A DNA stretch of 64,000 bases from Macrostomum lignano (GCA_002269645.1 NIVC01000109.1:418016-482015); one strand, 5' to 3'. Positions 34,759 to 48,200 are shown, counted from the stretch's first letter. A program made the numbers and translations. The notes: generated from the letters alone by a model not told the origin.

Positions 34759-35780
34759 GTGCTGAAAAACTGAAAACTCTATCTCCGTAGAGTATTTTTT
34801 CAGAAAAATACAAGGTTTCCCGTCCTTCTACTTAAGTAGTCCTTGAGAAAAACTCGATCTAGCATTTTACATTCCTTTGAGTAATACATTGCCGGTTTTA
34901 ACATTATTTAATGTCAAAACAAATTTAACTTAATATTAGCGTAATTTTAGTTGATTTAAAAATAAATAGTAGCTGTGTGTGAGAAAAATGACTATAAGTT
35001 GTTTAAATCTAGCATGCATTAAAAATAAGTTCCTGCCAAAAGCGAAAAGTGTATTTTTTAATTTCTGTAGAGTACATGTCCAGTGCACACAGTTATTATC
35101 ATCATATCCGAAATCGAAAATTCAACTCAAATTCATACAAAGTAGAACGGTGTTTTAATTAATTGCATAAAAATAAATCAGTTTGAGATCTTGCTCTGCA
35201 TACGTTAAGTATATTAAGGCAACTTGCTTTTATTAGCCGCTTTGTGTCGGAGTTAGTTCCGACACAAAGTTAACTATGGAGAGTGACTCCATAGGCATAG
35301 GCACGGGTGCTAGTGATCAGAGTGTCACAGTGCAATTTAGCATAGGTAAGATCACATTTAAATGATTTTTATGCCTATGAAGCAACTTTTCGCGCCTTTC
35401 TGAAATGTTTCAGTAGGCCTATTGTCTAAATATGTTTTATATATAATTATAAATTTCATTTAGCATTTTTGCCTTTAGCCTAGAATCATAGACTAAATCT
35501 AACTAGTTGCAGTGTCTAAAAGAATTGCAAAAGAGTAGTTTAAAAATTGTTTTTTGGGTGTCTAGACTAACTTTCATTATATATTTGAATTTATTTAGTG
35601 ATACAAATATGATTTAAAGCCATAATCATAGTCAGGAAAGTGGTAGGTTTTGCCCAGGATAGAATTCTTGCTTGGGGGTAAGAAAATGCACGTGCACGTT
35701 TTTGGAGCGTACACACTATTGCTGTTGCAACTTGCAATGTAATGTACATAAACATCGGTATTTTTTAGGAAGTTGCACAA

Positions 35781-35968
35781 TAATTTTAAAAATGGAATTT
35801 ATGTTAGAAATACATTCACTTTAACAAAATATATTCGTATCTATTATTCTATTGAATAATTTTTATATAATTTTAAACAATAATTTTAAAAATGGAATTT
35901 ATGTTAGAAGTACATTCACTTTAACAAAATATATTCCTATCTATTATTGTATTGAATAATTTTTATAT
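35781..35968. repeat. AT-rich tandem duplication with period 100
   Basis: TAATTTTAAAAATGGAATTTATGTTAGAA... at 35781 and 35881. Confidence 0.85.
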
Positions 35969-38882
35969 TCTAATAAAACCTGCTGCTAGAGGCATAATAT
36001 ATATTTTACTTGCTTGCAGTATAATAGGGATATATATAACGTAGGTGTATCTGTATTTAAATTGCAATATGCTCTATTTTTTGTTAACTATTTGTACCTA
36101 TAAGTGGCATACAGTTAGGGAAGGCAGAAAAAAATTGGCATACATTGGATCTATCAAGTTTTAGTTTGGCGTATACCCTGCCATGATCCGGACTATGATT
36201 CTATACCAACGTAAATTAAAAAATTGTACTTCAAGTTTAAAGTAGCTTGAACACAACATTTCTTTTAAGAAAATATTCTTTAAAAATTATAAGAGTTACT
36301 AAACTTTAAAGTAACTGCTTTTGCTTAAAACTATTATTCTTTGTTTTACTTTTGTTTTGAAATTTTCCAGCATAAAAACAACTTTCCAGACTATGAAAAG
36401 TAGGAAATCTTGAGCGCGCATATGCCACATGGCCTATAACCATGTTGAATGCATATAAAAGTCAAATCCTATTTATGATTCTTCGGCAAACAGTTTCTTG
36501 CGTAAGCGCATACAATGGAGCACACACACACACCTTTAAAAGTGTGCAAGTAGGCTCCTTTTCAGCATACAAGTGCGCATAAATTTGACAAGCATGCACA
36601 AATGAATAACAACTTTTGTGCCAGAATTCCATCTTGGGGTTTCACGCTACCACTTTGTATAGATAAGAGAAGTAGGGGGTCAAAAGTATATTTAAAGAAA
36701 AAGATAAGCAATAGACAATCCAGGGGTGATATACATACATGCGCAATAGTCGGCCGAGTTGGCCAATCTGGCCAACCAATTTGGCAATCGCTAAAATGCC
36801 CACCTAAAAAAATACCAAAGTAGTAATACCAAGTAGCTGACAAGGCATTTTGACTTAATAAGGCATTTATAGTTACTCCTGCTGTTTATCAAAAGTTGCG
36901 TTAATTTTGCTTTAGGGTTTTTTACATGTAAGTCGCATTTTTGGCCAAAAACTATGTTGCATTTTTGTTAAAACTAAGTTGCATGGCCGACTGAATTTTG
37001 AAGGTTGCGCATGTATGGTGATATACATGGGGGCTGAGGCAATGATCAATTTAGTGATAGATGGTTAGGTAGATGGTTAGGCAGAGGGGAACAAGTGCAG
37101 GCACACTCATACTGAAATAACAATTTAGTGACAGTGCAAAATATCTTTATGGCAGTTAGTAATAGTTATCTTTGATGCTAAAAATTTTTCATTATTGTTT
37201 TTTCATTTTTTCAAATTGTGCATTTGATAGTAAATTAATGAACAATTGTTGTTTTATTGATTGTGTGCATTTTAGTAAACAATGGACAACTGTTGTCCAA
37301 AGTGTCTATTGTCTACTATAAAACAAGTTGATCTGCAACACCGTTTTATACGGCCATTTTGTCGTGTGGCCATTTTGATGGTGTGGCCATTTTGTCATAT
37401 GGCCATTCTGTATATAGCCATTTTGATGGGCATCTATCCCTAGTTCCTTAAATGCTATAGTCTTGAAAGACATTTGTTGGCTTTATTTTTATTTTAACAA
37501 AGTAAAGTCTTTCAGCCTAATAACAATAGTTTTGGTATTTTTTAAATTTACATTTTTAGCAAAATATTGCAAAACACTATTTTATTAGTCTAAAATTTTG
37601 TCTCTTTAAGTTTTTCTCCCTTTTTAAAATCCTAGCTACACTACTGTTGAAGATTAAGATTATAATTATTAAGATTATTACATGTGCTCAATACAAGATG
37701 CATGTTACTTTTTTCTTGGGCATATGAACTTTTTTACTTTGTACATAGTGCATAATTAAAAATTTGATTAAGGGATTTATAGTGGCATATATGGTGCACT
37801 TTCTTGACCATGGTTCAAATCCACTTTTAACATTTCTAATAGGCTTCAAATATGACTAACTATCATAATATATTTAGAGAAAGCCAAGGAGCCAAGGTAC
37901 CATTGCTATACTCTTTAGCCTAGGTACCATTTTATCAAAAAGCTCTTTTGAAGATTAGATAAGCTTAAATAAAAACTAAAATGAAATAGTAATATAACTT
38001 ATGTCCATGAAAAAATAAGGATTTAATTAAAAGTTAATGCTTTATAGGGCCTAGTTCAATAAAACTATTGTTTCTAAAAATATATTATACAAAGTAGATA
38101 TCTAAACAGGTTTATTTTTAATATTTTTTATTTCTGTCGCCATTTAATAAAAAAAATTGCAATCTGGCATATGCAATGCTGCCATTAACTGTTTTTAATG
38201 TAGCTATATTTTTTATCATTGTATTGTGCTTTGTGTTTTTTGTATTCCTATTACTTGCTTATTGTAGTTTTTGTTTTTTGTGATTTTTTGTGCTATTTGT
38301 ACTAATAATACAACTATAAATTTGTTAAAAAGGGGCAAATTCTGGAAGATAAAGACCTGAGAGAAAGGTAGAAGGATGGTTCTGTTTTTGGAAAAAATTT
38401 ACTTGGTCCCCTTTTGTTTTTTAGGTCTCCACCTAAGGGGGGAAATTGCCCTCCCCTCATTTATGCCACTGATTTGTACCACTTTTGTCTAAAATATATA
38501 TTGCTATTGTGTTGGCCAAGCTAAGCAGCTGCTAACAATTGTTAGTCAAGATAAACTTGACCATCTTTGCCAAGAAGTGCAGCAGCTGTGCCTCTAAGGC
38601 CTTTTAGCTATGGAATCTCCAATATTAACAATCTTTTGGCAATAGGTTAAAGTGCAGGTTTTTTACTTAGTCAGCCTACCCCTGTTGATCAGCTGCCATA
38701 ACATTCTGCCAAACCAATGCTGATCCTAAATATGCCATTGGCAAGTCAAATGACATTGACAACTTCAAGTGCAACTCAATGGCCAATAGCACACATTTAG
38801 TACATTGTTGCATATGTAGCTTCCTCTGCTCAACTAAACAGTCATGCATTGATGTCCATATCAATCAATATCTCTTAAAGCT

Positions 38883-39270
38883 TGGGATCGAAGGGCTTGA
38901 AGCATAAGCAAAGTATGTGCATACCAAGCAAAGAAGAGGAAGCAGAAGGCTTAGGAGACTGCCAGATAGGCGGAAGAAGTAGAGCAATAAGCCAAGCTGT
39001 TAGAAGCTGTACAACAACAAGGGAAGCAACTTAAGAGAGCAACAAAGATTTGAGAGCAAGAGCAATCTGCTAACAATCTGGAGCAGGCTATAGACTAGAA
39101 GGTTTCAGAAGCAGAGATGGCATTGCAAAAGATTGCAGAATGTCTGAGACAGTCTCAGCTTGAATGAGACACTGCATGGAAAGCCAAGCAAGCTATGGAT
39201 AGAGGCCACCATCTTTAGGAGCAGCATGCCCAGGAGACAGCTCTCAACTGACCCTCATGGACTGCATGAA
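38883..39270 (+). pseudogene. Decayed coiled-coil ORF with many in-frame stops and no frameshift
   Basis: One frame reads KKRKQKA*ETAR*AEEVEQ*AKLLEAVQQQGKQLKRATKI*EQEQSANNLEQAID*KVSEAEMALQKIAECLRQSQLE*D. Confidence 0.6.
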
Positions 39271-39943
39271 ACTTGTGCAATGCAATTATATTTTATTGTG
39301 TTAGCAACCTGCACTGTGTCCATTAGTATATTGTGTATTAGTCTACTATATGCAAATACTACATATTCATACAACCTTTTAAATCCATATGCCTAATACA
39401 CAATTGCATGTTAAGCTCAGTTCATGAAGTAAATACCTAAAGGAAGTCAATTTTGTGTGAAATTATATCTTGCATTTTCCCTTTTAGCATTTATTTTTTT
39501 TACAATTTTTGCGTGGCAGCACTGGGAATGTTTGCCATGATCCAGTATATGGGTTGCATGCAGTATGTTGTAGCAGGATACTAAAATTCCTTGTAGGCTC
39601 CCTAGTGCATGTGACATGGCACATGACTACTTAGGATCTTGTTGCAAAAGCTCAAGTGTTTAATATTAATAATATTGTATATAGGTTTAATACATCAATA
39701 GGGTAGCCTTTGCCCCTTGTCAATATTTTTTGTTTATTAGACTTCATGTTTTTAAGCATTACAGAGCCATTTTTGTAACTATTACTCCACAGTAAAATTT
39801 ATTTGGTAAAATTTACTAAGTAGCTACTTTGCTAGTAATGTATAATGGAAAACAGATGTTCTTATATGCTGCTTGTAACAATTCCAAACCAGTGTGCAAC
39901 CATTCTAACAAACTGTTTTCTTTTACATTCATTCAAAATCTAG

Positions 39944-40349
39944 TGCCATATGCGGTTAAGAAGGGTGTCAAGTTCAGCTTACAAGAGTCGGCAATATCCA
40001 AGGCGCTGGACATACTGAATGAGCGGCGCCAAGATCTTGCCGAACTGCTGCAATTCGCTGGTCGGCTGACCGAAATCGAGCTGACGCTCGAGGAGAGCGA
40101 CAGCAACAGCGACGAGGAAGAGGATGAGAATGAGGAGGACCTGAGCCAGCTGTCTAAGATCAACATCAGCGTGGCGTGCCAGCAAACTGAGGGGCTGAAA
40201 CAGCTCAACGAGTTTCTCAAGCCAGACCAAGGCTTAGCCAAATGGATTACTGATAATGTTTCTTCGAACGTGAAGAGTTTCAAGTCTTTTGTTGTGCTAC
40301 TAGAGGAGAATTACTTCAAAGCGGTGCTGAAACGAGTTCGATCAATCGA
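39944..40349 (+). CDS. RNF213-like 5' exon
   Basis: Abrupt start of coding-like, CpG-rich sequence; donor GA|gtaagt at 40350. Confidence 0.65.
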
Positions 40350-43300
40350 GTAAGTAGATGCTACTATTTAGGGCCAGACAGGGTATTGATTAAAAAGATG
40401 TAGAGGATTGTGTACTGTAGGGGAAGGATAGAATGATTGAAGACTGGCGAACTCTGGGGATTTGTTGGGGAGTAATTGGAGAACTGACTCGTACTCGCTG
40501 GTCTTGCCTTGCGAGCTTGTATTATTAGTTTTTGTTACTTTTGCTTTCAGGAAGCAGCTCAAAGACACGTCACCTACGCCGCCACCAGATGCTAGCAAAG
40601 ACGCCAGTGCTAGCACCAAGCCTAAGGAAGAGGCGTCACGCCCGTCCAGTGTCGATTCAGAAGCTGCTAAAGCACCGGTTGCTCCAGACTCCGAAGTCGC
40701 AGCACCGGTTGCTACTGACTCATCAAATGCCGCAGCATCGGTTGCTACTGACTCATCAAATGCCGCAGCACCGGTTGCTATTGACTCATCAAATGCCGCA
40801 GCATCGGTTGCTACTGACTCATCAAATGCCGCAGCACCGGTTGCTATTGACTCATCAAATGCCGCAGCAACGGTTGCTATTGACTCATCAAATGCCGCAG
40901 CATCGGTTGCTACTGACTCATCAAATGCCGCAGCACCGGTTGCTATTGACTCATCAAATGCCGCAGCAACGGTTGCTACTGACTCATCAAATGCCGCAGC
41001 AACGGTTGCTATTGACTCATCAAATGCCGCAGCAACGGTTGCTATTGACTCATCAAATGCCGCAGCAACGGTTGCTATTGACTCATCAAATGTCGCAGCA
41101 TCGGTTGCTATTGACTCATCAAATGCCGCAGCACCGGTTGCTATTGACTCATCAAGTGCCGCAGCAACGGTTGCTACTGACTCATCAAATGCCGCAGCAA
41201 CGGTTGCTATTGACTCATCAAATGCCGCAGCACCGGTTGCACCTGAATCAGACAATACCGCAGATCCAAATCCAGCCAAGGCGGTCAATTCAGACACAGC
41301 AAAGTCAGATACGTCAGGCGCTTTAAAGGATGAAGCAGACGATTCAATTCCGAATGCAGTTACAGAAGCGAGCGGTGATGCTTCCGCTGAATCCTCTAGC
41401 AACTATTCTGGTAAATCTGACACAGTCAATAGTCAGAAGCTAACTGCGCTGCAAAAAGGTAGTGGATTGTCGTTCTTTAAATTTATTGGCAAATTATTTT
41501 ATGCGATAGTGAATGCGATCATTAAATGATCACTTGCTCAGAGTTAGTAAACAAAATCATTTCCAGCCAGTCTGTTTGGTAAATCAAATTCTTATACATC
41601 GGCGGGACGCGCGAGACTGTTTTATAAAGCGTGTCATATAGTAAATAATAGTATAAAATTTTTAGTATAAGTAGTAGTATAATATTGAATAATATTATAT
41701 TATTAAGTTATTTTTAAACTTAACTATTAGATTTAAACTTCATAACATTCGATTAAAACATGTTTCCTAACAACTTAGGTAAAACTGATTGAAAAATATG
41801 CCCATTCGATATAGGCGCCACCAGTAACCAGAAGACCAAAGGCAGTGACGCTAAATCTAGCGCAGCCACTGGGCGCTCCACAGACTCTAGTATACAGCAA
41901 AGCAAAATCACTGCAGCCACGGATGCAAAGGATATTGAAGGATCTGAAAATTCAGGTTTAACTGCAACCACTGAAATTGACGACGTCAAAGTGAAATCAG
42001 TAAACGTGGGAAAGGACTCGAAAAAGACTGCAGCACCTGACGAAGTCAAAGCAGGTGATGCCGACTCGGAAGTTATAAATCTGGTAAGTAAGTTATAACT
42101 AAGCTAAAAAATCCTCGTTTCTTTGAAGACGATGTACTCGTATTTAAGGGATTGACGTATGATTTTTTGTAGTGCTAATCTCGTTATTCGGATTTTATAG
42201 AAAAATGCGTAAGGAACCGTCTAAAAGTTCACTTAATAGGTTTTGTTAAGGCTCCGCCAGGCCAGAAAAAGTCTGGCCCAAGACAGACCCGGAAATTTCG
42301 ACTCTAGCCGGGACGGGCTTTGCGAAATCGGGACAGTTAATGTATAACTGTATATGATCACACATAAATATTTATACAATTACTTTTAGAGTGAATAGAC
42401 TAGGTCTAGCCTGATAAAATAAAAAATACATTTAAAAGCTCACAAAAATGACTTGTCCCGAATTCTCAGCTATTTCGGGCCTCTGAGGCCCCGGACAGAC
42501 CCTAAATTAAAGTTTTAGAAGCCTATAGTAGAAATGTGCCTTTTAAACCCTTAAAACCTTGAAGAGTTCGCTTTAGCACACTAGAGAGAGAGAGAAGAGA
42601 GGTCACGGCGTGTTTAAAAAATATTTAATTTAGTATGGGCTACCGGTTTCGAGCCTCTGGGCTCTTCGTCAGGCCAAAAATCAGTGTTTCATGCAGTGCA
42701 AGTTGGTCTTTTAAGTATTAGTTTTCTCAGTCTAATAAAATCGCTGAGCTGCTGTACATATGAGGGGTGTACATTTAAACTGGGTTCATTCTAGCTCTAA
42801 CTTGTCCCAGAGGCTTTCAACCGGTCAGTTTAAGCGACGGTATATTTGGTATATTAAAAAATTGTTTTTTCGAAGTACGATTAAATAAAATGCGGTATTG
42901 AGGGTGGTAGCATAAAAATCGATATTTGTGCGTACAGTCAATCAGTTTGAATAAAATACACGACAAAGTGAATAAATATTGTAGTTCTATAGGTAAGAAG
43001 AGCGCATTGGTTAAAACGATTCAATGGTTTCCTGGCTGGGACTTAAACTTATTGGGAGCCAGGAGGCTCTGTAAATTTCGTTGCCGTGTAAATGCGGGCA
43101 GTATGCGGGAGCCTGGTTTATTTTGTAGCTTCTCAAAGTTTTTAGCAATCTCGTTGGCAAGCCAGACCGTAGATGGGTGAAAAGGAAGGACCAGAGGGAT
43201 GGGTCGGAGAAGATGATTGTCAACCCTGATGTTCGTACCTGGCGGTTTGTCAGTCCCCAGTTTTTAATCCAAATTTCTTCCCTTAGTTCGATTTTGTTGT

Positions 43301-45174
43301 TATTAAGAACTTGTTCGATAGCAATGGAGACAAAGTTTGCAATCGAGTGATTGGGGGTGAGAAAGTGCTCTGATCCCGAAGTAACGACTCTCCTGTTAAT
43401 ATTTGACCTGTGCTGGTTCATTCTATCTCTCATTGTTCTTCTAGTCATCCCTACATAGAGGATTTTCCCAGGGTGGCACTGGTTGCAGGAGATGCCATAG
43501 ATGATGCTCTTGGAGCCACAGGACAGGCTCTGAGAGATAAAAAAACCGGAAGCCGGTTTCAGCCCCTGGGCGGAGAGAGCAGGCGGTGAGTGGGTGCAGC
43601 ATTTGCAGCGGGATGACCCACAGGGATGGAACCCTTTGGGAAGCAGACCCAGATTGGTCGTTGGTCCCGCAGTCCAGTTCATGAGTTTGAGGACCTACTT
43701 TTTGCAGTTTCTAAGAAAAATCTTCGAGTAGCCTAATTGCTTGAGTTCCGATTTTAAAGAATTGAAAGCATCGTTGAAAGACTTGTAGTCATCACAGATA
43801 CGGGCGTACCGAAGGACTTGGGATTTTACTACCCCCTTGAAGGTGTGTGACGGATGGAAGGACTGTCGGTGCAACAATCTATGGGTGTCTGTTTCTTTTG
43901 AAAACAGTTGTGTTGTGAAGCAGTTTTCAGCTTTCTTGATGGTCATGTCAAGGAAACTGACCTCAGTTGATGAGGAGCTGACGGTGAGTTTGATGTTGGG
44001 GTTGATTGAATTTAGGTGTCGAACAAATTCTGTCAGCTTCAGTCGGGTGGTTCCAGTGAATGAATATATCATCTATGTACCTAAAATAAATGTTCGGCTT
44101 ATAAAGAGCAGTTCTCAGGGCAGTTTCCTCCCAGAGGCTCATGAACAGACAGGCATAGCTGGGCGCAAATATGCGCCCCATGGCTGTACCTCTAAGTTGT
44201 AGGAAAATCATTTTGTTAAATTCAAAGTCATTCCTGTACAAACACAATTCCAGTAGTTTTATTAACTCAGCATCCGGTCTAATGGGATCCGGGTATCGGT
44301 TAAAGAATTCCTGGATCGCTGCAATGCCCTGGTTTATAGGAATCATGGAGTACAGACTCTGGACATCACAAGTTGCCAGAGTCGAACCTTCCGTGCAGCT
44401 TTTATCCATAAGGTGTGCCTTGAAAATCATACGAGCCCTTAACGAAAGTGGGTTGCACTTGGGCAATCGGTTTTAGAAAGAAGTCTATGTACTTTTCTGG
44501 CCCAATTGCTTCAGAGCTGCATCCGCTAACAATAGGTCTGCCTGCTGGGACCCGAAAGGGGATCAGCCAGGTGGCCGGGTCCTTGTGAATTTTTGGGAGC
44601 AGGTAGAAATGCCGGGGACGGAAGTTCTCTCCGGGACAAAGAAAAGAAAACTGTTTCTTAGATATGAACTTTCTGTTACATAAATCGAGGAAGATCCCCC
44701 TGATAAGTTCCGCAGTCTCGTGTTGCAGTGGCTGGTCCAGCTGTTGATAGGCATTAGTGTCAAGCAATTGGTTGTAGGCTGCGAATTCGTAATCCTTGGG
44801 GTGCATGATGACCACTGCGTTACCTTTGTCCGCCTTTTTTATAAGGACGGAGCTGTTTCGCTTGAGCCCCTGAATCGCCCTGGTCTCTGGTGCCTCTAGG
44901 TTGCCTTTGATCTGTACCGTTGTCAAATTCTCTACCAGTTTTTGGTTCTCAAGCACAAACAAGTTGCACTCATCCCTTCTAAGTCTGCGGGGGACCTCCT
45001 TCACTGATTTCCCGGTGAAAGGGGGCGGGCTGGTATTGGCGAGACCCCTCTTTTTGAAAAAGTCTCTAGAAAAGTTTACGATGAAATTCCGACCCTAAAT
45101 TAAAGTTTTAGAAGCCTATAGTAGAAATGTGCCTTTTAAACCCTTAAAACCTTGAAGAGTTCGCTTTAGCACAC

Positions 45175-45256
<82 letters not shown>

Positions 45257-48200
45257 GAAACAGAAACAGAAAGAGAGAGAGGGGCAGAGAGAAAATAACG
45301 TCCAGTGCTAAATGCACGAACTCTTACTTCCAGACCGCAAGTCTGAGAACAGAATTTAGTGATCTGCTCTTCTTATCGGGCAGATTCCTCACGTCTCCTC
45401 AAGTTGTTTTCCCCTTGGTTCGATTTGTCGATTCTGAAGTCGGCCAGAACAACTTTACTGAAGGTATCAATTCGATTCGTCGGCATTAAAGTATTCCTCG
45501 AGCTCCAAACTCAATATCATAATGCACCTCTATAGTAATAAGGTTTTCCAGAAAGGGCGCCTAGAAATAACAAGTCGCATGCCCCTATCTGCTACTGTAG
45601 AGTACCAAAAGTCAATAAACGTCTAAGAGTATCGGAATCGGTCCAATCTCCCCAATCCCTTAGGTATAGGGAGGCCTTTAATTCAAAATTCAATAGAAAT
45701 CACGTGAACGACAACCGCCGATAATAACTCAGCTCGTAAGACGTCTCAGAAGGCTCACAAAACAGCACAGATTTCACTCAGAGATTTAGTCCCGCTCTTC
45801 TCGATAATTTCCAAGTCCTTTAGAACTGCTCCGAGTCTGCAGTTTTTCGGGCTCGCAGAGCGTTTGTATTTATACACGATATTTTGCGAAAACCAGTTTA
45901 TTCCACTTTAGCTAAATGGGTGCAGGAGTCATATATAGTGTAGTAGGGCGTAATTTAGGAGCGGAATCATATTTGCTTTTACACTACTAACAGTATTTTC
46001 CAGAGTAGCGGAAATATCGGTAATTAGGTATTTTCATTTGCATTAGGGTTTTGCGGGATTCATTATTAGTAAAGGGCAGTTGGGCTCTCTGGGTAAGCAT
46101 ACTCGGTTGCAGTCTTACGACTTAAAAATTTCCAAGAGGGAATTCAAGATAAGGGAAATTAGGGGATTAGGGAATAGGAATTAATATCGTACTAGATGAG
46201 TCTTGCCCAAGCACATTCTAGGGGAAACAACCGGGAAATTCAATGTAAAACAACTTTTGTGTATGTTGACAATTTTATTCATTAATATTTGCTTGAAAAC
46301 TAAGATTTATATTGGTGCCCTGTCTCACTTCTTTAATTGCTAAATACTAGGATTAGGGAGTATCAGAAAACCTGGTGGCAGCAACCTAACAAAATCAAAT
46401 CAGTTAAATCCACTAAGAACAATAGCATAGTAACGTGATGATTCAGTTTTAATTTTACTGCGCGTGTTTGCGTTACTCTACTTGCAATAGCATTCAAAGC
46501 ATTTTAGTAATGAAATATACTCTATACCTCTATGCGATATGCAAACGATGGGTTATAGAACGGATATAATCTATAAGAATTTGTCTCGGTAATTTTTTTT
46601 TCAATTTTATTTGCAGTCAATAACCGTAAAGACGGCCTGACTGTTTTTACACTGGCTGCTTCTCTGGCGGCATTTCTCGGGTTGTGCGCAATCCAATTAG
46701 CCTATAGTTCTATAGCCCAATCATTAAGTGTCCTTGCCGGAGGCAATGTGCACATCTAAAAATAACCCTATTTTTTCCAATTATTTCGTCCCTCCGCCTT
46801 GGTTTGGGAGGGGGGTGTACCTGGAGTGAGTTGAAATTCTGGACTGCAGTGTGGGGTGTGGCTAGATCGGGACTTGAGCCCCCGGTTGCACCCACCCTGC
46901 AGGAAAGACGACCATTCACAAAGGTGTACGGTAGAGCCCAGTTGATGCCAGCCCTGAGGCTGAGCCCCAGGTTTAGGGTTCAGGTGCTCCTCCCATTTTG
47001 TTTTATCCCTTTGTGTTTTTAGCTTTGTGTTTTTGTCCCTGGCCTCGAAGCCGCCCAATCTTTGGAGTTATGAGCTCTGCCCTTCCCTGCCTGGTCCATC
47101 CTGCTTTCCTTGGTCCATCTGCTGGCTCCTCTGGTAGTCTCCCTGCTTTTTGTCTCGGCTCTCATCACTGACAGTGGATTGGAGTCCTGGGGTAGATGTT
47201 CGTCCCGAATCGGGGAATACCAGCTGAGTCCGGGTTCCTCTTGCCCCTTGTGCTCCTCTCCAACCCCTTGGCCTGGCCCTTATTGAGCTGGATAGCAAAA
47301 ATAAGGTTTCTTCCCTGGCCATGACGTCAGGTTCCAATCTGGGCTGCTCGGGCTTTATGCCCCTGGTAGATAAGCCCCTGTATTCTAGCGGCAGAGCCCT
47401 TCCCTGGGCTGATCCGCGGGAGCCCCCTAGGCTACCCACCTCGTTTCACAACAACAATAAGCTGATTAAATCGAATTTTCAGGAACCCTGGCTAGAAGCA
47501 GAAGAGTTCCTCAAACTTGATAACGACTTAAGAAAACGCTATGTGAGTAAATCATAATCTATACAATTTATATTTATATGTGGTAATCAATTAGCGGTTT
47601 TCAAATGCTTTGTTTTCATGTGTGCGTATTTTATTGTATTCACCTACTATACCGTGGATTTTAGACGCTTTTTCAATTCCGGCTTTACATCGCGGACATA
47701 GTTAAACTTTTTATGGATGAAGTTTCTAATTCAAAAAAAGGCGTTTCCGACAATTCGCAGTTTATGCAAACGCTTTTGGCTTCAGTCCTTAACGCTAAAT
47801 GTGATGTAACGGTTTCACTTGTGATTTCAAACAGAAATCTGAGCAAATCTTTTTCCGTTCAGCATAAAGTCAATTCTGTAAAAGGTTTTTATACTCTACC
47901 AACTTGGAGGATATTTTTTCGAACAGATCATATCGAAAAGTTTGCCTATAACTATAGTTTGTTTGCCAAAACTCCGACACTGCAGCTTGCAAACTTTAGA
48001 CAGCTTCAGGATTCGCTTAAAAAGCTTGGTCCAGCCTTTCTTTCTCCTGTGGAGCGAACTCTAAATAATTGCAGCAAATTAACTGATACAATCATCAAGT
48101 GCTGCTCAAAAAAATTCAGTGCACCCACTGACAACATAATTAGTGAGCTGCAAACTCGCACTCTCAGCAAAGACCGACTTGTGTGTTTCGACGCACTGCT

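Noticed and set aside
32248-34813. Family of 122-aa MEPEVQLRTKP ORFs
   Set aside because: Recurring translations of the 161-bp unit
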